Shown here piece after piece: positions 22,476 through 30,878 of a stretch of DNA of 31,058 nucleotides (the first letter of the stretch is position 1; every line of letters starts with the position of its first letter). Source of the DNA: an uncultured Verrucomicrobiota bacterium (GTDB taxonomy: Bacteria > Verrucomicrobiota > Kiritimatiellia > CAIQIC01 > Lenti-01). Under the pieces are notes generated by a model. That model was given only the letters and a program-made list of their open reading frames with translations. It made no database searches and had not been told where the DNA came from. The DNA lies in contig CALKWZ010000080.1 in NCBI GenBank assembly GCA_938003985.1, forward strand, positions 1 through 31,058, read 5' to 3'. The translations under genes and the position numbers were made by a program.

Positions 22476-25460
22476 ATGGAACACACGTGCCCGCCGTCCG
22501 CAGGACGCGATGGCAGAGGATTTCTTCCGGATTGCGCCGGGCTTTCCCGCGAAAATAACCCGCGGATTTTCCGAAGATGCCGCTTTGCGGACGACCCGAG
22601 CGCGACTCAAGTCGGCGAGCGGTCGGCCGCGGAGCGGCAGAACGGAAAAGATGCGGGTTGGTTTTCGCGCCGGCGAAATCCGGAAGAAATCCTCTTTTTT
22701 CGGCTTTCCGCACTTCTCGCCCTCGCCATCTTCCTCCTCCTCGCCCCCCTGCCCGCCGCCGCGGGCTGGGTCGAGCGGACGCCGTCCAACGTCGTGCTCA
22801 ACCTCACGTTGTTCAACCTGCCCGACCCCTCGCGCACCGACCCCTCCACCCGCGCCGAGCTCGCCGTCCAGCGCGAATTCCTGCGCGTCGCCCCCGATCT
22901 CCTCCGCGCCCGCCAGGCCGCCGCCCCCGGCCGCTACGGCGAGCTCGACCTCGCGCGCCTCGACCTCCGCCTCCACCGCTTTTCCGGCATCCAGGTCGAA
23001 GGCGTCGAGAGCACCCTGCTGGCCATCGCCGGCAACGTCGCCCCCGACGTGCTCTACGTCAATTTCCGCCAGTCGGACACCTACATCCAGCAGGGCTTCC
23101 TCCATCCCATGGATCTCCCCGAGGACGGCTATTTCTCCGCGCTCGCGCCCGAGGAAGTCGCCCGCCGGCTGCATCCCAAGATCGAGCCCGTCGTCCGCCG
23201 CAAGGGCCCCGACGGCGCGACGCACGTCTGGGCGTTGCCCGGCGGACCGCCGCTCGGCCGCGTCGTCCTCTACCGCCGCGACCTCTTCGACGCCGCCGGC
23301 GTCCCGCCGCCCCGCCCCGACTGGACCTGGGCCGATTTCTACGACGCCTGCCGCCAAGTGGCCGATCCCGCGCGCGGCATCTACGGCCTGGGCCTCTCGC
23401 GCGGCAAGGACGAGTCGTTCCTCTGGATGCCGTTTTTGTGGGGCGCCGGCGGCGACGCCCTCGCCTTCGACGAAGCCGAAAACCGCTGGCGCGCCGTGTT
23501 CGATTCCCCGCAAGCCGCCGACGCCCTCGCGTTCTACGTCCGCCTCACCACCGAGCCGTGGACCGACGCCGCCGGCAAGCCGCGCCGCGGCTACGTCGTG
23601 AAGGATACCGCCGAATCCAACCTCAAGTGGCGGCGCGGCCAGCTCGGCATGACGTTCGCCTACATCGACGAAAAGCTCTTCGCGACCCTCAATCCCGACG
23701 TCACCGGCATGGCGCCGCTGCCGATCGGCCCCGCCACGCGCGGCACCGAAATCAACGCGCGCATGATGGGCCTCTTCGCCGGCGTCACCAACCCGCTCGT
23801 GCGCGACGCCGCGTGGGAATATATCCGTTTCCAGAATTCCCCCGAGGCCGACGCCGTCCGCGTGAAGAACCTCGTCGAAGGCGGCCTCGGCCGCTTCCTG
23901 CATCCCGACCGGCTCCGCGCCCACGGCTACGAATCCGTCGCCGCCACGATCCCCGCCGAGTGGCGCGACTGCCTCGCCGTTGCGCTCGCCGACGGCCGCC
24001 CCGAGCCTTACGGCCGCAACGCCAACGTCATCTACGACATCCTCACCGTCCCCATCCGCCGCGCCGAGGAACTCGCCCTTTCCGGCCAGCTCGCCTCCGA
24101 TCCCGACGCGCGCCGCGCGCAACTGCTGGAACTTCTCCGCGACGCCCGCCGCAAAGCCGACGCCGACATGCTTGGCCTAGTCCCGCCGAAGGAACTCCGC
24201 GTCCGCCGCGCCGCCGCCGGCGCCCTGCTGCTGGCGCTCGCCGCGAGCGTCGTCCTCGCCGTCCGCCAGATGGTCCGGATTTTCCTGCCGAACAGAAAGA
24301 GTATTCAGGAGTCAGGAGTCAGGAGTCAGAATGAAATACAGAGAACAAAATCCTCCATTCTGAATCCTGAATTCTGGATTCTGAATACTCTGCGCCGTCG
24401 TTGGGTCATGACGCTGCTCTTGCTGCCCGCCGCCGCCACCATTTTCCTCTGGGGCTACGTGCCCCTCTTCCGCGGCGCGGCGATGGCCTTCTTCGACTAC
24501 CGCATTTTCGGCACCTCGACCTGGGTGTTCCTCGACAACTTCGCCAACCTGCTGTGGGATCCGGACTGGTGGCGCGCGCTGCTGACTTCCGCCCGCTATG
24601 CGTTCCTCGTCATTTCGTTGACCTTCCTCCCGCCCGTGCTGCTGGCCATCCTGCTGCAGGAAGTCCCGCGCGGTAAAATCCTTTTCCGCGTGATTTTCTA
24701 CCTGCCCGCGTCCATCACCGGCCTTGTCGTCATTTTGCTCTGGAAGACGTTCTACGAGCCCTCCGAAGCCGGCCTGATCAACCGCCTCGTGATGGCGGTG
24801 CCGGCGGCGGGCTGGATGCTCCTTTCGCTCGCCGCGCTGCTCCTCGCGCTTCATCTCGCGCGCCGCCTGCTGAACCACAATCTCTGGAAACCCGCGCTGT
24901 TCGTGCTGGCCGCCGGGCTCCTCCTCGCCGCCGCGCCGCTGGGCCCCCTGCGCGAAATCTGGCGCACCGCGCCGCCGACCGCGCTCCTCGCCACGTTGCC
25001 CGAGCCCGTCCGCTGGCTCGACGACTCGAGGACCGCGCTGTTTTCGTGCGTCCTGCCGATGCTCTGGGCCGGCATGGGCCCCGGCTGCCTCATCTACCTC
25101 GCCGCGCTCAAGGGCATCCCCGACGACCTCTACGAAGCGGCCGACATCGACGGAGCCTCCTTCACCGACAAGATCCTGTTCGTGATCGTCCCGACTTTGC
25201 GGCCGCTGCTGATCATCAATTTCGTCGGCGTGTTCATCGCCGCGTGGCAAGCGGAAGCCAACGTGCTGGCCATGACGGCCGGCGGCGCGGGCACGGAAGT
25301 CGCCGGCCTGCACATTTTCTACAAAGCCTTCATCTTCCTGCGCCTGGGTCCCGCCACCGCCGCCGCCTGGGTGCTCGGCTGCCTGCTCGTCGGCTTCACG
25401 CTCTACCAGCTCCGCATCCTCTCCCGCGTCGAATTCCGCGCGAACCGCGAAGACAAGTAG
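22476..25460 (+). CDS. Fusion of extracellular solute-binding protein and MalF-like sugar ABC permease; start uncertain because repeats abut the signal region
   Basis: ..LALAIFLLLAPLPAAAGWVERTPSNVVLNLTLFN...VLYVNFRQSDTYIQQGFLHPMDL...GPPLGRVVLYRRDLFDAAGVPPPRPDWTWADFYDACRQV... then RRWVMTLLLLPAAATIFLWGYVPLFRGAAMAFFDYRIFG...EAADIDGASFTDKILFVIVPTLRPLLIINFVGVFIAAWQAEANVLAMTAGG (EAA-loop). Frame open from 21891; next in-frame ATGs are 22332 and 22476. Confidence 0.75.
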   Translation: MEHTCPPSAGRDGRGFLPDCAGLSRENNPRIFRRCRFADDPSATQVGERSAAERQNGKDAGWFSRRRNPEEILFFRLSALLALAIFLLLAPLPAAAGWVERTPSNVVLNLTLFNLPDPSRTDPSTRAELAVQREFLRVAPDLLRARQAAAPGRYGELDLARLDLRLHRFSGIQVEGVESTLLAIAGNVAPDVLYVNFRQSDTYIQQGFLHPMDLPEDGYFSALAPEEVARRLHPKIEPVVRRKGPDGATHVWALPGGPPLGRVVLYRRDLFDAAGVPPPRPDWTWADFYDACRQVADPARGIYGLGLSRGKDESFLWMPFLWGAGGDALAFDEAENRWRAVFDSPQAADALAFYVRLTTEPWTDAAGKPRRGYVVKDTAESNLKWRRGQLGMTFAYIDEKLFATLNPDVTGMAPLPIGPATRGTEINARMMGLFAGVTNPLVRDAAWEYIRFQNSPEADAVRVKNLVEGGLGRFLHPDRLRAHGYESVAATIPAEWRDCLAVALADGRPEPYGRNANVIYDILTVPIRRAEELALSGQLASDPDARRAQLLELLRDARRKADADMLGLVPPKELRVRRAAAGALLLALAASVVLAVRQMVRIFLPNRKSIQESGVRSQNEIQRTKSSILNPEFWILNTLRRRWVMTLLLLPAAATIFLWGYVPLFRGAAMAFFDYRIFGTSTWVFLDNFANLLWDPDWWRALLTSARYAFLVISLTFLPPVLLAILLQEVPRGKILFRVIFYLPASITGLVVILLWKTFYEPSEAGLINRLVMAVPAAGWMLLSLAALLLALHLARRLLNHNLWKPALFVLAAGLLLAAAPLGPLREIWRTAPPTALLATLPEPVRWLDDSRTALFSCVLPMLWAGMGPGCLIYLAALKGIPDDLYEAADIDGASFTDKILFVIVPTLRPLLIINFVGVFIAAWQAEANVLAMTAGGAGTEVAGLHIFYKAFIFLRLGPATAAAWVLGCLLVGFTLYQLRILSRVEFRANREDK
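22515..22695. repeat. 181-bp imperfect long inverted repeat (MITE/REP-like)
   Basis: Left arm AGAGGATTTCTTCCGGATTgCGCCGG... matches reverse complement of right arm AGAGGATTTCTTCCGGATTtCGCCGG...; complementarity continues through ACCCGC, TTTTCCG, TGCCGCT, GCGG, CGACC blocks. Confidence 0.85.
24299..24390. repeat. 92-bp imperfect inverted repeat inserted in-frame in the SBP/permease linker
   Basis: Left GAGTATTCAGGAGTCAGGAGTCAGGAGTCAGAAT vs reverse complement of right GAGTATTCAGAATCCAGAATTCAGGATTCAGAAT (28 of 34 positions match by hand). Confidence 0.85.
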
Positions 25461-25523
25461 CGGTCCGCGAAGCAACATTCGGCCAGCCCAGATTGTAGCC
25501 ATATCAATAGCCATATATTTATA

Positions 25524-25551
25524 TTGCACTTCGACTCCGACGTGCTAGATT
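25524..25551 (+). promoter_or_regulatory. Putative promoter of the brnTA-like pair
   Basis: TTGCAC (25524-25529)-16-TAGATT (25546-25551), in a locally AT-rich stretch, ATG at 25558. Confidence 0.4.
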
Positions 25552-25557
25552 CAGGAC

Positions 25558-25848
25558 ATGGACAAGACGCGGTTCGAGTGGGACGACGCCAAGGATCGCC
25601 TGAACCAGCGCAAGCACGGCGTACCCTTCGCGCTGGCCCAGTACGCCTTCGCCGACGCCCGCCGCGTCGTCTTGGAGGACGAAGACCACAGCGCGAACGA
25701 ACGGCGATTCTATTGTCTGGGGAGAGTGGGCGACGGCATTCTGACCGTACGCTTCACCTATCGCGACAACGTGATCCGCATCTTTGGCGCCGGATACTGG
25801 CGGAAAGGCAAGACCATCTATGAAAAGCAAAATCAAATACACGAATGA
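25558..25848 (+). CDS. brnT: BrnT-family ribonuclease toxin
   Basis: MDKTRFEWDDAKDRLNQRKHGVPFALAQYAFADARRVVLEDEDHSANERRFYCLGRVGDGILTVRFTYRDNVIRIFGAGYWRKGKTIYEKQ; FEWDxxKxxxNxxKHGVxF signature. Confidence 0.85.
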   Translation: MDKTRFEWDDAKDRLNQRKHGVPFALAQYAFADARRVVLEDEDHSANERRFYCLGRVGDGILTVRFTYRDNVIRIFGAGYWRKGKTIYEKQNQIHE

Positions 25849-26053
25849 GCCGCTGGGCAACGTCCGGGTAGTGAAGGATTTCCTGCCCTCGCCCGAGCAA
25901 CTCGCTTTCCGGGAAGAGAAGGTCAAGGTGACCATCTCGCTGAGCCGCGCCAGCCTCGATTTCTTCAAGGCCCAGGCGGACAAGCACCAGACGGCCTACC
26001 AAAAGATGATCCGCAATCTCCTGGACGCCTATGCGCTCCAGCACGCGCGCTGA
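25820..26053 (+). CDS. BrnA/CopG-like antitoxin
   Basis: MKSKIKYTNEPLGNVRVVKDFLPSPEQLAFREEKVKVTISLSRASLDFFKAQADKHQTAYQKMIRNLLDAYALQHAR; RHH-like region VTISLSRASLDFFKAQADKHQTAYQKMIRNLL; overlaps the brnT 3' end. Confidence 0.8.
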   Translation: MKSKIKYTNEPLGNVRVVKDFLPSPEQLAFREEKVKVTISLSRASLDFFKAQADKHQTAYQKMIRNLLDAYALQHAR

Positions 26054-26074
26054 TTGCCCCGCCACCGCCGGGCG

Positions 26075-26100
26075 AAACCGGCTCCGATCGGAGCCGGTTT
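26075..26100. terminator. Bidirectional terminator hairpin between convergent genes
   Basis: Perfect 26-nt palindrome AAACCGGCTCCGATCGGAGCCGGTTT between the antitoxin stop (26053) and the rsgA stop (26117). Confidence 0.8.
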
Positions 26101-26116
26101 CCTTGTCGTCGTCCGC

Positions 26117-27196
26117 TCATTTTTCCCGGTGCCGGTACATGTCCTTCTGCCACTGGGCGATTTGCTTCCAGCGCGCTTTTTCCGCCAGTTGCGCGCCCAG
26201 ATCGCGCTTTTGTTCCTGGTAGGCCTGTTCGCGCCTGAGCCGCAGATAGTGCTCGAAACGCCGCGCGTCCAGGCTGCCGTCGCCGAGCGCCTGTTGCACC
26301 GCGCAGCCGGGCTCGCCTTCGTGCCGGCAGTCGCGGAACCGGCACCGCGCGGCCAGTTCGGCCACTTCCGGAAACACGGAATCGAGATCGCCGGCCGCGT
26401 CCCACGGCTGGAATTCCCGCAGGCCCGCCGTATCGATCAGGAGTCCGCCGTCCGGCAACCGGAACAGCTCGCGCCGCGTCGTGGTGTGGCGCCCGCGCGC
26501 ATCTTCTTCGCGCACCGGGCCCGTTTCCTGCCGCGCTTCGCCCAGCAGCGCGTTGACCAATGCGGATTTGCCGACGCCCGACGGCCCCAGCAATACGCCC
26601 GTCCGGCCCTCGGCCAGCCACGGCCGCAACTCCTCCACGCCCCAGCCTTCGATCGCGCTGACCGCGATCACCGCCACGTCCGGCGCCGCGGCCTGCGCCT
26701 CGCGCACCCGGCCGCCGATATCGTCGCAGAGGTCAGCCTTGTTCAGCACCGCGACCGCCTCGGCCCCGCCGGCGCGCACCAGCGCCAACGCGCGCTCCAG
26801 CCGGGCCAGGCTGAAGCCGCGCCCCGCGTCGAGCGCGCCGACCAGGAACGCGACGTCGACGTTCGCCGCCAGCACCTGCGCGCGCGTCGCGCGCCCGGCG
26901 TCCTGCCGCGCCAGGCACGTGCGCCGCGGCAAAACCGCTGCGATGCCCGCGCGATCGCAGCTCGGCCGCGGATCCACCGCCGCCCAGTCGCCGACGGCCG
27001 GCATCTCCGCTTCGCCGCTTTCCAGCGCCAGCCGGAACCGACCGGTCGCCTCCGCCGAGCGCGCGCCCGCTTCCGTCTGGAGTTCCCAAGCGCCGCGGTC
27101 TTGCCGCACCACGCGCGCCGGCTGCAATCCTTCCGCCGCGTGCGGCGCGAACGCCGCCGCCCAATCGTCGTCCCAGCCCCAGTCGCGCAGGTTCAT
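26117..27196 (-). CDS. rsgA: Ribosome small subunit-dependent GTPase RsgA
   Basis: Circularly permuted GTPase: VLNKADLCDD (G4), GVLLGPSGVGKSALVNALLG (G1), DTAGLREFQPW (G3), C-terminal Zn site CRFRDCRHEGEPGC. Confidence 0.92.
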   Translation of the reverse strand: MNLRDWGWDDDWAAAFAPHAAEGLQPARVVRQDRGAWELQTEAGARSAEATGRFRLALESGEAEMPAVGDWAAVDPRPSCDRAGIAAVLPRRTCLARQDAGRATRAQVLAANVDVAFLVGALDAGRGFSLARLERALALVRAGGAEAVAVLNKADLCDDIGGRVREAQAAAPDVAVIAVSAIEGWGVEELRPWLAEGRTGVLLGPSGVGKSALVNALLGEARQETGPVREEDARGRHTTTRRELFRLPDGGLLIDTAGLREFQPWDAAGDLDSVFPEVAELAARCRFRDCRHEGEPGCAVQQALGDGSLDARRFEHYLRLRREQAYQEQKRDLGAQLAEKARWKQIAQWQKDMYRHREK

Positions 27197-27585
27197 GGCC
27201 GTTCCTCCTCGCCCACGGGCGCGCACCCCAGCCGCTCCAAGGGGAACGGCGGCCGCGCCAGCGGCCGCAGCGCCATGGATACCAGTAGCACCTCGTTGTC
27301 GTCGCCCGCGATGCGGTTCGGACGGATCAGGCCGCACCGCTGGCAACGATGCAGGATGGTCCACTCGCCGTCGGGCCGGATGCCGATCGCGATCGGCTCC
27401 ATCGGCCCGCGGCAAGCCGACCGGCGGTCACCCGTCGCTAAATCGACGTGCAGGCTCCACAGGCAATGTGGACAGTGGTTTCGATGGACCGTCCCCGGCG
27501 CGGTGCCGGGAATGGCGCGGTCGCAATGGGTACACAGGAAAGCCGTGCCGGGCAAGCCGGCGGTCGGCGGAAAATCTCTCGTCAT
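27193..27585 (-). CDS. RNHCP domain protein
   Basis: MTRDFPPTAGLPGTAFLCTHCDRAIPGTAPGTVHRNHCPHCLWSLHVDLATGDRRSACRGPMEPIAIGIRPDGEWTILHRCQRCG; literal RNHCP motif and paired Cys sites. Confidence 0.88.
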   Translation of the reverse strand: MTRDFPPTAGLPGTAFLCTHCDRAIPGTAPGTVHRNHCPHCLWSLHVDLATGDRRSACRGPMEPIAIGIRPDGEWTILHRCQRCGLIRPNRIAGDDNEVLLVSMALRPLARPPFPLERLGCAPVGEEERP

Positions 27586-27709
27586 GGGAATCCAGCTCCA
27601 AACAAACAGGTTCAAACGGAAAAACGGCGCACCGGGCCGGATCCCGGGAACGGGATCGGCCGCGCCTGCAAACCTCGGGCCGGACTGTCGGAACCGGAAA
27701 CGGAAACGA

Positions 27710-27973
27710 CTAGCGGGCCGGGGCGCAGGGGCGCGTTTGCGCATTCAGATTGGAGCGGATCGCACGCATCTTTTTTTCCCTGTCATCACTGACGATGGCC
27801 GAAAAGTACTCCGTCCCCCGTTTTCCGTCAATCCCGACGCGATTCGTGATCATAATCGTAATCCTAATCTTAATCGCAATCCCGCCCTCTTTCCCGCATT
27901 GCTTCAGGAAATGGGCGATCATGCTGAAGAGCAAGATTACGAGTAGGATTACGATTATGATGGCCATTGGCAT
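27710..27973 (-). CDS. Possible small membrane protein (87 aa), partly built of hexamer-like repeat
   Basis: MPMAIIIVILLVILLFSMIAHFLKQCGKEGGIAIKIRITIMITNRVGIDGKRGTEYFSAIVSDD...; one hydrophobic helix, but sequence overlaps an inverted repeat. Confidence 0.25.
   Translation of the reverse strand: MPMAIIIVILLVILLFSMIAHFLKQCGKEGGIAIKIRITIMITNRVGIDGKRGTEYFSAIVSDDREKKMRAIRSNLNAQTRPCAPAR
27850..27960. repeat. Imperfect inverted repeat of degenerate GATTAN hexamers
   Basis: TCATAATCGTAATCCTAATCTTAATC (27850-27875) vs GATTACGAGTAGGATTACGATTATGA (27935-27960). Confidence 0.8.
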
Positions 27974-28036
27974 TCCACCGTTGTTGAACGATAGTTCAGT
28001 ATTGCAATCCGGCGGCCGCCGGCGCATGCTGGCCCC

Positions 28037-30145
28037 ATGCCAAATCCCGGAAGCTCCAATCCCGCGCAGGACCTCGCCCTCGACCTCCTGCGGCACACCG
28101 GCCGCCACCTGTTCCTGACCGGCAAGGCCGGCACGGGCAAGACCACCTTCCTGCGTTCGCTCAAGGACCGCCTGCCCAAGCAGATGGTCGTGACCGCCCC
28201 CACCGGCGTCGCCGCCATCAATGCCGGCGGCGTCACGCTCCACTCGTTCTTCCAGCTCCCCTTCGGCCCCCTGGCGGACCGCGAAAGCGATCCGCAGCAC
28301 TTCCGCTTTTCCCGCGACAAGCTCGCCCTGATCCGCGGCATGGACCTGCTCGTCATCGACGAAATCAGCATGGTGCGCGCCGATCTCCTCGACGCCGTCG
28401 ACAGCGTCCTCCGCCGCTTCCGCGACCGCCGCAAACCGTTCGGCGGCGTCCAGCTCCTGCTGATCGGCGACCTGCAGCAGCTCGCGCCCGTCGTGAAGGA
28501 CGACGAATGGGAGTTCCTGAAGGACCGCTACGAAACCTCCTACTTCTTCGGCAGCCGCGCCCTGCGCGAAACCGACTACGCCTGCGTCGAACTCACGCAG
28601 GTCTACCGCCAGCAGGACGGCCGCTTCCTCGACCTCCTCAACGCCGTCCGCGAAAACCGCCTCTCCCCGGAAGCGCTCGCCGAGCTCAACCGCCGCCACG
28701 TGCCGGACTTCGCGCCCGCCGACGCCGACGGCTACGTCACCCTCTGCACGCACAACGCGCAGGCCCAGCGCCTCAACGATTCCAAGCTTGCCGCCCTCCC
28801 CGGCCCCGCCGTCCGCTTCGCCGCCGACGTCGCCGGCGATTTCCCCGAATCGTCTTTTCCCGTCGATCCGCAAATCGAACTCAAGGTCGGCGCGCAGGTC
28901 CTGTTCGTCAAGAACGACCCCTCGCCCGACAAGCGCTTCTTCAACGGCAAGCTCGGCCGCGTCGCGGCCTTCGAAAACGGCGTTGTCCGCGTCCGCTGCC
29001 CCGGCGACGCGGCCGACATTTCCGTCGCGCCCATGCAGTGGGACAACGTTAAATACACCATCGACCCCGCCACCCACCGCATCGCCGAAACCGTCGAGGG
29101 CACCTTCAAGCAGATCCCCCTCAAGCTTGCCTGGGCCATCACCATCCACAAGAGCCAAGGGCTCACCTTCGAGCGCGCCATCATCGAGGCGGACGCCTCT
29201 TTCGCCCACGGCCAGGTCTACGTCGCCCTCTCCCGCTGCAAGACCCTCGAAGGACTCGTCCTGCGCACGCCGCTGCGCCCGCGCAGCATCATCGCCGACC
29301 CCGCCGTCGCCGACTACGTCCGCCAAACGGCTGGGCGCGCGCCCGACGCCGCCCGCCTCGCCCTCGACCACCTGACCTACCAGCGCGAATTGCTCGTCAG
29401 CCTCTTCAGCTTCCACCGCCTGCGCTACCAGCTCAACGCCCTGCTCGAACTGGCCGACCTCAACCGCGGCAGCGTCCTGCCCGGCCTCGTCGAAACCTTC
29501 GGCCGGTTGCACGACGTCGCCCAAACCGACCTCGTCGCCGTCGGCGAAAAATTCCTCCTGCAGATCGACCGCCTGCTCACCGACCACCCCGACGCCGAAA
29601 CCAATCCCGCCCTCCGCGACCGCCTCCAAAAAGCCAACGGCTATTTCGCGGAAAAACTCCGCAACGGCATCCTCGATCCCCTCGTCGACGCCGACTGCGA
29701 ACTCGACAACCAGGCCCTGCGCCGCCAGCTCCTGAACGCCAAGGAAAAGGCCGAGACCGAAGCGCGCATCAAGCTCGCCGGCATCCAGGCCTGCGCCGAC
29801 GGCTTCGACGTCCAAACCTTTCTTGCCGCCCGCTCCGCCGCGGCGCTCAAAGTGGAGCCCACCCCAAAGTCCCGCCGGAAGAGCAAGACGCCGGCCGCCG
29901 CCATCGATACCTCTGTCGCCCCCGCCAATCCCGTCCTCTTCGAAGCCCTCCGCGCCTGGCGCACCGAACAGGCCGCCGCGCAAAAAGTGCCCGCCTACCA
30001 CCTCTTCTCCCAGAAGACCCTCTACGCCCTCGCCGCCGCCGCCCCGAAAACCGAGGCCGAACTGGCCGGCATCCACGGCATCGGCCCCAAGAAGCTGGAG
30101 CAGTACGGCGAAGCCCTCCTCGACCTCGTCCGCCAAAACGCCTGA
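28037..30145 (+). CDS. PIF1-like SF1 helicase with C-terminal HRDC-like domain
   Basis: HLFLTGKAGTGKTTFLRSLKDRLPKQMVVTAPTGVAAINAGGVTLHSFFQLPFGP...LLVIDEISMVRADLLDAVDSVLR...LLIGDLQQLAPVV...AITIHKSQGLTFERAIIEADASFAHGQVYVALSRCKTLEGLVL; tail LRAWRTEQAAAQKVPAYHLFSQKTLYALAAAAPKTEAELAGIHGIGPKKLEQYG. Confidence 0.92.
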   Translation: MPNPGSSNPAQDLALDLLRHTGRHLFLTGKAGTGKTTFLRSLKDRLPKQMVVTAPTGVAAINAGGVTLHSFFQLPFGPLADRESDPQHFRFSRDKLALIRGMDLLVIDEISMVRADLLDAVDSVLRRFRDRRKPFGGVQLLLIGDLQQLAPVVKDDEWEFLKDRYETSYFFGSRALRETDYACVELTQVYRQQDGRFLDLLNAVRENRLSPEALAELNRRHVPDFAPADADGYVTLCTHNAQAQRLNDSKLAALPGPAVRFAADVAGDFPESSFPVDPQIELKVGAQVLFVKNDPSPDKRFFNGKLGRVAAFENGVVRVRCPGDAADISVAPMQWDNVKYTIDPATHRIAETVEGTFKQIPLKLAWAITIHKSQGLTFERAIIEADASFAHGQVYVALSRCKTLEGLVLRTPLRPRSIIADPAVADYVRQTAGRAPDAARLALDHLTYQRELLVSLFSFHRLRYQLNALLELADLNRGSVLPGLVETFGRLHDVAQTDLVAVGEKFLLQIDRLLTDHPDAETNPALRDRLQKANGYFAEKLRNGILDPLVDADCELDNQALRRQLLNAKEKAETEARIKLAGIQACADGFDVQTFLAARSAAALKVEPTPKSRRKSKTPAAAIDTSVAPANPVLFEALRAWRTEQAAAQKVPAYHLFSQKTLYALAAAAPKTEAELAGIHGIGPKKLEQYGEALLDLVRQNA

Positions 30146-30181
30146 GCAGGTGCCCCCCGCTCAGCAACCGCGCCGCAAGAC

Positions 30182-30853
30182 CTATCCGCCCAACGCAATC
30201 GCGACGGCGACCAGCGCCACGCCCAGCCCCATCATTCCCGCACCCGCCACCCAGCGGTTGACGCCGGTGAACCGTGCCCAGTAAAAACCGCAGAAAAACA
30301 GCAGACCGACCAAGATCCCGTTGGAAACGCGCAACGCCCGCCACGGATCGTCCATGAAGAGAAACGGCACGACGGCCGGAAACGACGTCAAGACCACGAG
30401 CCATCCGCTGGCGAACGCGCCCAGCCAATCTTCCCGTCCGATGCGGATCCGAACCGGCTGCGCACGAGCGGAAATCGTCCATAGGCTTCGGTAGAAGGCG
30501 CGTCGTTCCTCCGGAGTGGCGAGCGTCGCCAAGGGGGCGTCGAGTTCCCCGCCGATGGCGCGCAGGGCCGTCTCTTCGTCTTGAACGTTTCTCAAGGCCA
30601 GCAGCATGCGGTTGCGCCGTCCGCGGTCGAGCAGGCAGCCCATCAGGTACATCGCGCCGTCGATGATGCCCCACGCGAGGTTGCATCCGAGCGCCGCGGC
30701 CAGCAAGGCGCGGTAGGCCCCGGGCCCTTCGTCCACGACGATTCCCGCACCCAGGGTGAACGTCAGCACCATGATCAGCCCGAACAGGATTTCCCCGAAG
30801 ATCGCGCCGGGATCGAGGTGCGCCGCGAAGAATCCCTTGTTGCGCTCGGACAT
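30182..30853 (-). CDS. Multi-TM membrane protein, VIT1-like in character
   Basis: MSERNKGFFAAHLDPGAIFGEILFGLIMVLTFTLGAGIVVDEGPGAYRALLAAALGCNLAWGIIDGAMYLMG...; four to five hydrophobic segments. Confidence 0.5.
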   Translation of the reverse strand: MSERNKGFFAAHLDPGAIFGEILFGLIMVLTFTLGAGIVVDEGPGAYRALLAAALGCNLAWGIIDGAMYLMGCLLDRGRRNRMLLALRNVQDEETALRAIGGELDAPLATLATPEERRAFYRSLWTISARAQPVRIRIGREDWLGAFASGWLVVLTSFPAVVPFLFMDDPWRALRVSNGILVGLLFFCGFYWARFTGVNRWVAGAGMMGLGVALVAVAIALGG

Positions 30854-30878
30854 GGCGAACGGTTCCCCGCGCGGCGCT

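Noticed and set aside
27710-30136. 808-aa minus-strand ORF
   Set aside because: Mostly antisense shadow of the PIF1-like helicase; only the last 87 codons (separate Met at 27973) were kept as a weak possibility.
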